The translations under genes and the position numbers were made by a program. The notes below the pieces were generated by a model. The model saw only the letters and a program-made list of their open reading frames with translations. It searched no databases and was not told the origin of the DNA. A stretch of 64,000 nt of DNA, taken from the NCBI GenBank assembly GCA_019428815.1, contig JAHYJW010000002.1, forward strand, positions 81,186 to 145,185, read 5' to 3'. Below, in pieces: positions 1 to 9,681 of this stretch (position 1 is its first letter; the number at the start of each line of letters is the position of its first letter). The stretch comes from Patescibacteria group bacterium. GTDB taxonomy: Archaea > Nanobdellota > Nanobdellia > Pacearchaeales > GW2011-AR1.

Positions 1-64
1 AATGGATACTGAAAATAAATTTCAATTTGCATCGAGGAGTTTGGTAATTCCCCCAGGATATTAA
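1..64 (+). CDS. 3' end (window-truncated) of a paralog of the class-III-signal protein encoded at 3711..4481
   Basis: In-frame tail DTENKFQFASRSLVIPPGY*. Nt 5..64 are nearly identical to 4425..4481, and the same MKKAINLNFKQS gene start follows as at 4491. Confidence 0.7.
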   Translation, partial: MDTENKFQFASRSLVIPPGY

Positions 65-81
65 AATGATAAAATAATAAA

Positions 82-3000
82 ATGAAAAAGGCAATAAACT
101 TAAATTTTAAACAAAGCATAATTTTAATTTTAGGAATATTTGTAATAATCTCTTCTTTAAATTTTATTAAAGCTGATCAAGCAGAATTTTATTGTGCTGA
201 AAAAACAATAAATAATGAATGGTGTCAGATGGTGCCAATTGAAGAGGTAGATACTAGTTATAGTTATTCTAGGACTTCTTGTGAGTTTACAGAATATTGT
301 TCAATAGGAACTTGTATCAGCGTTGAATCTGGAAGCTGTCAAACCTCTCCTAAAACATTGTGTAATCCTGAACAAGGCGGCTATTTTAATTCTAGTGAAA
401 TAAACCAAATAGAAGATTGTAAAAAGGGCTGTTGTATCCTCTCAAATGGTGCTAGGATCGTTAGAAAAATACAATGTACTGCTCTCTCAAGACACCTAAA
501 CCTTGTTTATAATTTTATACCAAGTATAAATACTGAGGCAGAATGCTCTGCTCAAGTTGCTTCTTCTAATTTAGGGGCTTGTATAATTGAAACAAATTCC
601 AGAAGAACTTGTTATCATAAAACTGGAGGAGAATGTCAAAGTTCTCAAGGAGAATTTCATGAAGGTTTTTTATGCAGCAATCCTCAATTGGGAACCGGGT
701 GTTTAATGTCAAATAGAACCACCTGTGTTTCTGGAAAGAATGAAGTTTATTTTATGGATTCTTGTGGTAATATTGCAAATGTTTATGACTTTAGTCGAAG
801 AGCTAGTACCCTTTATTGGAGCTATTTTCCAGGTTATGGAAACGTTGAATTAAGTACTGGGGATAACTTAGGGAATATAAGAAACCCCCGTCATGGATAT
901 TGTGATTATACAAAAGGAAGCACCTGCGCAAGGTATGATGTTCTAAAAGATGGGCTTCAGGCCAAACCAGCTTTAGGAAATTATGTCTGTAGAAATTTAA
1001 ACTGCCGCAAGAGTCCTTTAACAGGTAATCTAGAAAGAAAACATGGGGAATCTTGGTGTTCAAAACCACTTGAATATTTTGAAAATGCCAAACCGGGAGA
1101 TGTTTCTTATTTGTTATATTGTTATAATGGAGAGGTAAAATATGAACTCTGTGACCATTATAGAAATAGTTTATGTTATGAAGAAAGAACTGGAACAGGA
1201 GCCAATGCAATAAGTTCTGCAGGTTGTATTCTTAATAAATGGCAAGAATGTTTTGGTCAAGATGAAGAAAGATTTTGTTTAGGATCAGATAAGAAGTGCT
1301 CTGTGGTCCCTACCAATGAATATCCTACCAATGCAAATACGTTTATTCTGACAGAAGATGCAACCAGCAAAGGTATCACTCTTTCCGCAGGAACAGAAGT
1401 TCAGTGTATTCCAAAATACCCCCCGGGATTAAAATTTTGGGAAGCAGAACCAATAATTCCTTCAGCAGTTCTGGATAATTTAAAGAATTTAGAACTTAAT
1501 TCTGAATTAAGTAGTATCTGTGATATCTCAAGTGATGTTTGTAAAGTACAATACTATAGGAAATCTTCAGGATGGTTACCTTGGGGAACTTCAGTAAGGT
1601 GTGAAGGAAATAACTGTTTATGTATAGGGTTAAAGGATGAAGACAGAATCTACAATAATGATCGTGGGAAACAAGAAAACCTTAACAATGATTGGGTTAT
1701 ATACCAAAACGATATTTGTACATTAACCGCAGATTGTGGAGGCTATTCAAATACTAATCCTAATCCCAATTTCTTAGATATTAGCGGTATTTTTCATTTT
1801 TTAGAGTTTGCAGCTTCTAGCGGGCGTGGTGGATGGGGGAAGGTTATGGCCCGTGAAGGATGGTGGGCAAGAAGAGCTCATGGAACTGTAGATTTTACTT
1901 GTAAACCATGGCAACCAATATTAGGGGGTGAGGATTGTTCTAAATGTAATGGGCAACTTTTCCCATGTACGGAATACCAATGTAGAAGTTTAGGTAAGGC
2001 TTGTCAGTTCATCCAAGGGGATAGTGACAATCCCTTATGCATTTATATAGACGATGAAGATGTTATACCCCCAATAATTAATGAAAGAGAGGAATCACTC
2101 ATTGAAGATTATGTTTACAAAGAAATCCATTCTCCAACATCTAGAAAATTAGGGGTAGAAATTGAATATACTCAATCTGAAGATGGGTGTCTTCCTGCAT
2201 TTGAACCATTCTCTTTTGGAATTGAATTGGATAAATTAGGTTATTGTAAATTTGATTATGAACGTACAGAAGATTTCGATGAAATGGAATTCACTTTTGG
2301 GAATGAAGATAGAAATACCTTTGCTTTGAATTATACCCAAACATTTAGTTTACCAGGGGTTAAACATGTTCAAGAAGAATATGAATCAGAAGAGACAGAC
2401 GCTTATGAATATGGCTCACTAGAAGAAATTGAAGAATTTGAGAGTATTATGGAATTAATAAGACCTTCATTGCATTTAAACGGTGAGTATGAGGTTTATG
2501 TAAGATGTAAGTCTCTTAATAATGCTTATAATATCGAAGAATTTATGTTCAAATTCTGTATGGAAGACCAAGACGATATAACCCCCCCAATAATTAGGGG
2601 ATTTGACTGGCAAAATGAATCACCACTTGCCTTTTTTGGAGAAGGTGAAACAAGAAAGATAAACGTTAAAGTTTACATAAATAAACCTTCTCAATGTAAA
2701 TGGAGTTTGGAAGATAAAACTTATGAAAGTATGGAAAATAGTTTAAATTGCCAAGGTGAAGATGAAATTTTTAATAACCATCTTGCGTATTTTTGTGATG
2801 GAGAATTAACAGGACTAGAAAATAATCAAGAAAATGATTTTTATTTCAGATGTAATAGTTCATTTGGAGTTATGAATAGTGAATCTAAAAGACTTACTTT
2901 AATTGGAACAACCCCTCTTGATATAACTTCAATTTCACCAAATGTAACAACTGTAAAAAGTGGCACAAGTCCAGTAACAGTACCTCTTGAAGTTAGAACT

Positions 3001-3495
3001 TATGCAGGATATCAAAATGGAGTTGCAACCTGTCAATACAGCTCTTCAGGAAATCCGGGGACATATTCTACTTTTTCAAATACAAACTCACAACAACACT
3101 CTACAAATTTATATTTAGAAGAAGGAAGTTACGGGTATCACATAAGATGTTATGATAATGCAGGAAATTCAAAAACAGGAGTCGTGTCTTTCAATGTCGA
3201 AACAGATACTTCACCTCCAATAGTTATAAGAGTATACCGTGAAGCAAATAATTTAAAAATTATTACGAACGAAGAAGCAACCTGTGTTTACAGCAATGTA
3301 ATAAACACCGGATGTATGTATAATTTTGAAGATGGACAAACTATGACAAGAACATCTAGTAATAAGATTCATTCTACATCTTGGGATTACAGAAAAATCT
3401 TTTATATAAAGTGTAAAGATGAGTTTGAAAATCAACCTTATGGTGCTGGTTCAGGAGGTTGTAGTATAATTATAAAACCCTTTGAATTTGAATAA
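82..3495 (+). CDS. Giant secreted cysteine-rich surface protein, fused form (N-module paralogous to 4491..6245, C-module paralogous to 6999..8516)
   Basis: 1137-aa ORF. Sec-like signal MKKAINLNFKQSIILILGIFVIISSLNFIKA|DQ. Dense Cys throughout the N half. The C half has four repeated PPI(I/V)...C.(F/W/Y)...Y.(R/K)C modules. No enzymatic motif recognised. Confidence 0.85.
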   Translation: MKKAINLNFKQSIILILGIFVIISSLNFIKADQAEFYCAEKTINNEWCQMVPIEEVDTSYSYSRTSCEFTEYCSIGTCISVESGSCQTSPKTLCNPEQGGYFNSSEINQIEDCKKGCCILSNGARIVRKIQCTALSRHLNLVYNFIPSINTEAECSAQVASSNLGACIIETNSRRTCYHKTGGECQSSQGEFHEGFLCSNPQLGTGCLMSNRTTCVSGKNEVYFMDSCGNIANVYDFSRRASTLYWSYFPGYGNVELSTGDNLGNIRNPRHGYCDYTKGSTCARYDVLKDGLQAKPALGNYVCRNLNCRKSPLTGNLERKHGESWCSKPLEYFENAKPGDVSYLLYCYNGEVKYELCDHYRNSLCYEERTGTGANAISSAGCILNKWQECFGQDEERFCLGSDKKCSVVPTNEYPTNANTFILTEDATSKGITLSAGTEVQCIPKYPPGLKFWEAEPIIPSAVLDNLKNLELNSELSSICDISSDVCKVQYYRKSSGWLPWGTSVRCEGNNCLCIGLKDEDRIYNNDRGKQENLNNDWVIYQNDICTLTADCGGYSNTNPNPNFLDISGIFHFLEFAASSGRGGWGKVMAREGWWARRAHGTVDFTCKPWQPILGGEDCSKCNGQLFPCTEYQCRSLGKACQFIQGDSDNPLCIYIDDEDVIPPIINEREESLIEDYVYKEIHSPTSRKLGVEIEYTQSEDGCLPAFEPFSFGIELDKLGYCKFDYERTEDFDEMEFTFGNEDRNTFALNYTQTFSLPGVKHVQEEYESEETDAYEYGSLEEIEEFESIMELIRPSLHLNGEYEVYVRCKSLNNAYNIEEFMFKFCMEDQDDITPPIIRGFDWQNESPLAFFGEGETRKINVKVYINKPSQCKWSLEDKTYESMENSLNCQGEDEIFNNHLAYFCDGELTGLENNQENDFYFRCNSSFGVMNSESKRLTLIGTTPLDITSISPNVTTVKSGTSPVTVPLEVRTYAGYQNGVATCQYSSSGNPGTYSTFSNTNSQQHSTNLYLEEGSYGYHIRCYDNAGNSKTGVVSFNVETDTSPPIVIRVYREANNLKIITNEEATCVYSNVINTGCMYNFEDGQTMTRTSSNKIHSTSWDYRKIFYIKCKDEFENQPYGAGSGGCSIIIKPFEFE

Positions 3496-3710
3496 TAGGA
3501 TTAAGTTTAGCACAAAAAAATTAATCAGGGGGACTAATAAAAAAGTAAAAAAATTTTAATTCTAACTTGTAGTTTATTTCACTAAAATTTATAAATACTC
3601 CCCTCGTAAAAAAAGGGTATTGGATTATAAAGATTTTAAGATTCAGGTTATACTTAAAAAATTCAATTAAAGAGATGAAAAAGATCAAAAATTGAATCCC
3701 CTTAAAAAAT

Positions 3711-4481
3711 ATGGATTATCATCACATCAAAAATAAAAGAGGCCAAGTAACAATTTTTATTATTATCGCTGTAGTCCTTATAGGGGTAGCTCTTTTATTC
3801 TATTTTTTACTCCCTAAATTTCAAACAAGAATAGTTTTTGATGAAGATAACCCTCAAGATTTTATTCAAATGTGTCTTGAAGAAAAAATAGAAGATACTG
3901 TTAAAACAATTTCTTTACAAGGGGGGAGTATGGAACCAACCCACCATTTTACATATGACGATAAACCAATAGAGTATCTCTGTTTTACTAATGAGAATTA
4001 TAAAACATGTGTAATACAACAACCCTTACTTAGACAACATGTTGAAATTGAAGTTGAAAATGAAATTCAAGGAGATGTTGATATCTGTTTTAGTTCCCTA
4101 AAAGACCACTATGAAAGAAGGGGTTTTGATGTTAAAATGGACCCTGGAAGAACCAGTGTTGAAATTTTGCCCAACAGAATCACAACAAGATTTAATTATG
4201 TTTTAACTGTAACAAAAAGTATAACAGATAGGCACGACTCTTTTAGTATAACTCTTAATAACAATCTTTATGAGAGTATAGAAATAGCTAATAGCATTTT
4301 AGAGTGGGAGGCTATTTATGGAAATGCTGATCCAAGGTCTTATATGTTATTTTATCCAGATATAAGTGTTGAAAAAAATCTTAGGGATGATGGAACTAAA
4401 ATTTATATTATAAGTGAAAGAGATACTGAAAATAAATTTCAATTTGCATCGAGGAGTTTGGTAACTCTTCCCGGATATTAA
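3711..4481 (+). CDS. Prepilin-like (class III signal peptide) protein, function unknown
   Basis: N-terminus MDYHHIKNKRG|QVTIFIIIAVVLIGVALLFYFLL: a basic n-region, then Gly-Gln, then a hydrophobic helix, as in archaeal type IV pilin-like precursors. Soluble Cys-containing domain. A paralog tail sits at 1..64. Confidence 0.55.
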   Translation: MDYHHIKNKRGQVTIFIIIAVVLIGVALLFYFLLPKFQTRIVFDEDNPQDFIQMCLEEKIEDTVKTISLQGGSMEPTHHFTYDDKPIEYLCFTNENYKTCVIQQPLLRQHVEIEVENEIQGDVDICFSSLKDHYERRGFDVKMDPGRTSVEILPNRITTRFNYVLTVTKSITDRHDSFSITLNNNLYESIEIANSILEWEAIYGNADPRSYMLFYPDISVEKNLRDDGTKIYIISERDTENKFQFASRSLVTLPGY

Positions 4482-4490
4482 AATAATAAA

Positions 4491-6245
4491 ATGAAAAAGG
4501 CAATAAACTTAAATTTTAAACAGAGCATTCTTTTAGTAATAGTTTTTTTATTGATTATTCCTTCTTTGAATTTTGTTAAAGCAAACCAAGAAGAACTTTA
4601 TTGTGCTGAAAAAACAAACTGGCCAAATGGGGGAGCTTGGTGTCAAATGGTTCCTCTTGATGAGGTTAATACTAATTATAGATACTCTAGAACATCTTGT
4701 GAATCTACAGAATACTGTTCAGTAGGAACCTGTGTTAATACTTTAACTGGAAAATGTTTACCAGGTCCTCAAGCAACTTGTGACCCTGAAAAGGGAGGGT
4801 ATTTTTATAATAAAGATAAAGATGAAGTTGCAGAATGTAAAATTGGATGTTGTTTTTTAGGCGATGGAGCTGCAATGGTAGAAAGAGTAAAGTGTGATGC
4901 ATTAGGAAGAGAATACAACTTAAATGCAGAATTTAGAGCAGGAATTACAGAGGAATTAGTCTGTCTTGCAATGGCTTCTCCAAAATCAAAGGGTGCTTGC
5001 GTTTTAGGAACAGAGGTAGGTAGAAGTTGTAGTTTTATAACAAGGGAAGAATGCCAAAGTTCTCAAGGAGAATTTCATGAGGATCTTCTATGTACTAATC
5101 CTATTCTTGGAACAGTTTGTGCAATGACACAAAGAACAACCTGTGTCTCTGGGAAAAATGAAGTTTATTTTGTTGATTCTTGTGGGAATATCGCAAATGT
5201 TTATGATGCTAATAAAATAGATGATATTGCATATTGGAGTTATGTCCCAGGTGTTGAAGGTGTGGAAATTGATTGGGGACCAGATTCTAACGCTGGTTCT
5301 AGGATCTTAGGAAGTTGCGATTATCTTCTTGGAAGTACTTGTGCAAGATATGACAGATCAATAGATGGTTCAAATGCGAAACCAGATTATGGGAATTATG
5401 TTTGCAGAGATTTAAGTTGCCCAGAAAGTTCTCTAACTGGAGGAATTAAAAGAGAACACGGAGAGTCTTGGTGTTCAAAACCACTTGAATATTTTGAAAA
5501 TGCCAAACCGGGAGATATTTCTTATTTGTTATATTGCTATAATGGAGAGGTGAAATATGAACTCTGTGATCATTATAGAAATAGTTTATGTTATGAAGAA
5601 AAAGCATCTGATGGAAGAACCACTTATGCTGGTTGTACCCTTAATGAATGGACAGGGTGTATTTTTCAAGATAACACAAGAGATTGTGAAAATCTTAGAG
5701 ATTGTAAAGTTTTAGAAAATGTAGGAGTATTCAGAACAAGTTATGGAACAGAACAATTAATGTTGAATAGTACCTCAGGTGAAATGATAAGAGCTTCTTG
5801 TGTTCCAAAATATTCCCCAGGATTTAAATTTTGGGACCCAACAGGAACAATTCCCTCTTTAAGTTCAGAAAATCCTGGAAGTATCTGTGAACTTTCAAAT
5901 GTTGTTTGTTATGTTCATTACACTCAGGAATTAATTTGGACAAGTGTCTGGAGAGCAGATCCTTTCCCAGAATGTGTTGAGCTATGTAAAAAAGAAGGAG
6001 GAGGAGCGTGGAGTTGTACTAGACAGTGTACCCCTATTTGTTTTGATGGATTTACTGATCAAAGAAGTAATACTAGATTTGATGTTTATGTTGCATTTAA
6101 GTGGGCTAAAAGTTGGCAAAATTTATGCTCTTCTTTAGGAGATTGCGGGGCTGGTTCAAATTATATGGGCACATCGGGATATAACAGTTGGAAAGATTTA
6201 TTCATCCCTGGAAATCATGTTAAATTAGATAATATCCCAGAATAA
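4491..6245 (+). CDS. Secreted cysteine-rich protein, N-module-only paralog of 82..3495
   Basis: 584 aa with about 41 Cys by my count. Signal peptide nearly identical to the one at 82. Long colinear similarity to residues 1..590 of the 1137-aa protein (e.g. HGESWCSKPLEYFENAKPGD(V/I)SYLLYCYNGEVKYELCDHYRNSLCYEE). Confidence 0.85.
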   Translation: MKKAINLNFKQSILLVIVFLLIIPSLNFVKANQEELYCAEKTNWPNGGAWCQMVPLDEVNTNYRYSRTSCESTEYCSVGTCVNTLTGKCLPGPQATCDPEKGGYFYNKDKDEVAECKIGCCFLGDGAAMVERVKCDALGREYNLNAEFRAGITEELVCLAMASPKSKGACVLGTEVGRSCSFITREECQSSQGEFHEDLLCTNPILGTVCAMTQRTTCVSGKNEVYFVDSCGNIANVYDANKIDDIAYWSYVPGVEGVEIDWGPDSNAGSRILGSCDYLLGSTCARYDRSIDGSNAKPDYGNYVCRDLSCPESSLTGGIKREHGESWCSKPLEYFENAKPGDISYLLYCYNGEVKYELCDHYRNSLCYEEKASDGRTTYAGCTLNEWTGCIFQDNTRDCENLRDCKVLENVGVFRTSYGTEQLMLNSTSGEMIRASCVPKYSPGFKFWDPTGTIPSLSSENPGSICELSNVVCYVHYTQELIWTSVWRADPFPECVELCKKEGGGAWSCTRQCTPICFDGFTDQRSNTRFDVYVAFKWAKSWQNLCSSLGDCGAGSNYMGTSGYNSWKDLFIPGNHVKLDNIPE

Positions 6246-6296
6246 AAATTGGATTAAATAAAACAAAATAAAAAATAAAAAAAATAAAAAAAGAAA

Positions 6297-8516
6297 ATGA
6301 TTGAGATAAAGTCTGAAAATAAAAAAGATCATGTTTGGAGCATAAAAAAGAATCTAGCTTTAAATGAAATAATAATTTTAATTCTGAGCATAATTGCCTT
6401 TTCGTATTTAGTTGGAGAAAGCTTGCCTGTTGTAAGTGGAAGTGCAGGGACACCATCGTCTACCCTCGGTACAGAAGATTTTACGAAAGCTATAACAGAA
6501 GTTATAAATGAATCTATAGAGGAATCTAAAACAAATTTAGCTAAAGAAACTTTAGCCATGTCCAAACCTTTTGTACGGACTGAAAAGATAATTCCCCCAA
6601 CAAAATTACAACAGGTGTCAACTATCTCCCCACCATCCCCCGCTTCTAGTGGGGGGATATTTAAGAGTATATGGACGGAACTAACAAAGTCTTTAAAATT
6701 TTCTGATGGAGTGGCAGCGGTTTTTAATACAGCAACTGCTGCTTCAGGCGTAGCCTTTCTTCTGTCTTTCATAGTAGAAACCCTTATTGTAGGAATAACA
6801 ACTGGGGATTGGTCCAGGGCACTTGAAAGTGGAGTCCGAGTAGGTTCTGGTGCAGCGACAGGAGCTTTTCTAGGGTATATGATTGCCGGTCTTGTTGGTG
6901 GTCCCGCAGGCCTAATAGCTGCAGGGGTTAGCGCAATCGGTATATGGTTATTTAATAAATACTTAAAAAGAGATTCAGAAAGACAGGTTTCCTTTTTGTG
7001 TAAACCTTGGCAAGCTCAAATTGGAGGAGAAGAAGATTGTTCTAGATGTAATGACCAACTTTTCCCATGTACAGAATATCAATGTAAAAGTTTTGGGACT
7101 GCTTGTCAGTTAATAAATAAAGACACAAGTGAACCTAGATGTGTTTGGATTGCAGATAGGGACATAAATCCTCCTAGAATAACACCTTTAAGTGATTCAT
7201 TAACAGAAGGATATAATTATGAGCCACTTACTCCTGCTCTAGGAAGCGGAGGGGTTGAAATAACCTATCAAGAGTCAACAGACGGATGTCTTCCTGCATT
7301 CCAACCATTCAGTTTTGGAATTGAATTAGATAGGGAGGGATACTGTAGAATAGAATTTGAGAGAACTGGAAGTTTTGAAGAAATGAAATTTGACTTTGGC
7401 GGAAAAAACCTTTATCAAAAAGAACATACTCAACAAATGACTTTCCCGGGGGTTGTACATTTAGAAGAAGCGATTCAACAAAATGCTCTGAATATAACTG
7501 TTGATTCAAATATTGAGATGTATGTAAGGTGTATGTCAGTTAACGGAATAAAAAATGTTGAAGAATTCTTGTTTAAGTTTTGTATTGATAAAGGGCCAGA
7601 TACAACAGCTCCAATAATTAAGGGATTTAACTGGCGAGATGAAGCTCCAATTGCTTATTTTAAGGAAGGAGATACAAGGGAAGTAGATGTTCAAGTTTAT
7701 GTAAATGAACCGTCTGAATGTAAATGGGACTGGGAAGACAAAGACTACTCAAATATGAACAATGAACTTGACTGCCAATCGAGCATGGTTAATTTTAATG
7801 CACAACTTACTTATGTTTGTTCAGGGAAACTTACAGGACTAGAGAATAATCAAGAAAATGATTTTTATTTCAGATGTAAAGATCAACCTAATTCCCCTGA
7901 AGAAAATAGAAATGTGAACATAGAATCTAAAAAATTAACTTTAATCGGAACCCAACCATTATACATAAATTCTGCAAGCCCTGATTCAATAACCATAAAA
8001 GGATCTACAGATGTTATAAAAGTAACTTTAGAAGCAATAACTTCTGCGGGTTATAGGGAAGGAGAATCTACTTGTTTATATAGTAATACCGGAAATCAAG
8101 GAAGTTATGTATTATTCTCCCAAACAGACTCTCATTCACATTCTACAAATGTATATCTAGAAGAGGGAGATTATGACTTCTTTATCAGATGTATTGATTC
8201 AGCAGGAAATTCAGATACAAAAGAAATAAGTTTTGAGGTAGAAACAGATACTTATTCACCCAGAATAGTAAGAGTTTATTGGGAAACTAGCAATTTGAAA
8301 ATTGTTACAAATGAAGAAGCAGAATGTGTTTATAGTAACTTAGATTGTCAATACCTCTTTGAAGATGGGATTTCTATAAGTAGTGAGGTAAATAAAATAC
8401 TTCACACTCTTCCTTGGAATCCTTCCGAAACATTTTATATCAAATGTAAAGACCAGTTTGATAATAAACCATACCCCAACCAGTGTAGTATTGTTTTAAG
8501 GCCATTTTCTGTTTAG
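6297..8516 (+). CDS. Membrane-anchored protein carrying the C-module of the giant cysteine-rich protein
   Basis: 739 aa. N-terminal TM segment (IIILILSIIAFSYLV), a Gly/Ala-rich hydrophobic region at residues 138..219, then colinear similarity to residues 607..1137 of the 82..3495 product from CKPWQAQIGGEEDCSRCNDQLFPCTEYQC onward. Confidence 0.85.
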   Translation: MIEIKSENKKDHVWSIKKNLALNEIIILILSIIAFSYLVGESLPVVSGSAGTPSSTLGTEDFTKAITEVINESIEESKTNLAKETLAMSKPFVRTEKIIPPTKLQQVSTISPPSPASSGGIFKSIWTELTKSLKFSDGVAAVFNTATAASGVAFLLSFIVETLIVGITTGDWSRALESGVRVGSGAATGAFLGYMIAGLVGGPAGLIAAGVSAIGIWLFNKYLKRDSERQVSFLCKPWQAQIGGEEDCSRCNDQLFPCTEYQCKSFGTACQLINKDTSEPRCVWIADRDINPPRITPLSDSLTEGYNYEPLTPALGSGGVEITYQESTDGCLPAFQPFSFGIELDREGYCRIEFERTGSFEEMKFDFGGKNLYQKEHTQQMTFPGVVHLEEAIQQNALNITVDSNIEMYVRCMSVNGIKNVEEFLFKFCIDKGPDTTAPIIKGFNWRDEAPIAYFKEGDTREVDVQVYVNEPSECKWDWEDKDYSNMNNELDCQSSMVNFNAQLTYVCSGKLTGLENNQENDFYFRCKDQPNSPEENRNVNIESKKLTLIGTQPLYINSASPDSITIKGSTDVIKVTLEAITSAGYREGESTCLYSNTGNQGSYVLFSQTDSHSHSTNVYLEEGDYDFFIRCIDSAGNSDTKEISFEVETDTYSPRIVRVYWETSNLKIVTNEEAECVYSNLDCQYLFEDGISISSEVNKILHTLPWNPSETFYIKCKDQFDNKPYPNQCSIVLRPFSV

Positions 8517-8615
8517 AGTGTTATATCTTCTTTTTTTAGAATTAAAGGAAAGTCTTAAGAAAATATTTAATAAAAATAAAGTAAAGCTTAAATCCTAAAT
8601 GAGATTTTATTTATC

Positions 8616-8933
8616 ATGAACCTCGCTCTTATTCTTCTACTGATTGGGGCAATTGTTTTAACAGCAGGAGATTTATTTATGAAAAAATGGGTAAACACAA
8701 ATACCCAAATTTTTTATTTTGTTGGCTTAGTAGCTTATCTTATTGGATTGAATTTCTTAGCTCAAAGTTTTAAATTCAAGAATATTGCTATTGCTTCTGT
8801 TATGCTTGTAATTTTTAATATAATTATCTTATCTCTTGTAAGTTGGTTTTATTTTAAAGAAACTTTATCTCCATTACAAATAGCAGGAATAATATTAGGA
8901 ATAATTGCGGTAATTTTTTTAGAACTATCATAA
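8616..8933 (+). CDS. Small 4-TM membrane protein, SMR/EamA-half-like (possible lipid-linked sugar or small-molecule transporter)
   Basis: 105 aa with four hydrophobic helices. Size and topology resemble the SMR/ArnE-type family. No diagnostic catalytic residue confirmed. Confidence 0.45.
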   Translation: MNLALILLLIGAIVLTAGDLFMKKWVNTNTQIFYFVGLVAYLIGLNFLAQSFKFKNIAIASVMLVIFNIIILSLVSWFYFKETLSPLQIAGIILGIIAVIFLELS

Positions 8934-9060
8934 ATGACCTTGCCCCAAATAAAAGTTATAATTTCTTAAAGATAATAAAAAACGATTATTTGATATTCTC
9001 GTAGGCATGATTAAACCGAGAATAAGATAAATTAATAAACTTATTTTAAGATATTAATTT

Positions 9061-9549
9061 ATGGAAAAAGGAGGGCAGATGAATATCTCATTTGGGATGA
9101 TTTTCTCAGTGATTTTAGTTATTGTTTTTCTAACTGTTGCTTTTTATGCAATAAGGACGTTTCTTAAAATGCAAGAGAATGTTTCTATAGGAATTTTTTT
9201 AGAGGATTTACAAGAAGATGTAAACAATTTATGGCATGCGGAAGGCTCTCAAGAAAGAGAATATTCGCTTCCTTCGAAGATAAGATATATTTGTTTTGTT
9301 GATAATACTCAAGAACCCCAAGGAAGATATCAATCTTTTTTTGAAGATGTTTCTTTTGCAGCACAATCAACAAATAATCTTGCCTTTTATCCTCTTAGGT
9401 CTTCTGATATTGAATCTGTCGAAATAAAGAACATAAATTTAGAATCAATTATCTCTCAGGGTAATCCATATTGTATAGAAAATGTTAAGGGTGAGGTTAA
9501 ATTAACTTTAATAAAAGGGATTAGTGAAGCTTTAGTAAGAATAGAATAA
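9061..9549 (+). CDS. Prepilin-like (class III signal) protein
   Basis: MEKGG|QMNISFGMIFSVILVIVFLTVAFYAI followed by a soluble domain with 2 Cys. Confidence 0.5.
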   Translation: MEKGGQMNISFGMIFSVILVIVFLTVAFYAIRTFLKMQENVSIGIFLEDLQEDVNNLWHAEGSQEREYSLPSKIRYICFVDNTQEPQGRYQSFFEDVSFAAQSTNNLAFYPLRSSDIESVEIKNINLESIISQGNPYCIENVKGEVKLTLIKGISEALVRIE

Positions 9550-9681
9550 AGAGCTTTAATAGGATTAAATTAGATAAAATACATAAGTTAGTACTTAATC
9601 CCAAAGATAATTTAAAAAACTTTAAGATTTTTGGATTTAAGGATTTTAATAAAAAAATCTTAAAAATTAAAGATTAAAAAA

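Noticed and set aside
803-1210. Antisense ORFs inside the large Cys-rich genes (803..1210, 3253..3435, 6220..6456, 6329..6772, 7309..7509) and the same-strand out-of-frame ORF 5944..6138
   Set aside because: They lie fully inside much longer ORFs with clear paralog support. Their composition is atypical, they have no start context, and in AT-rich DNA long antisense ORFs arise by chance.
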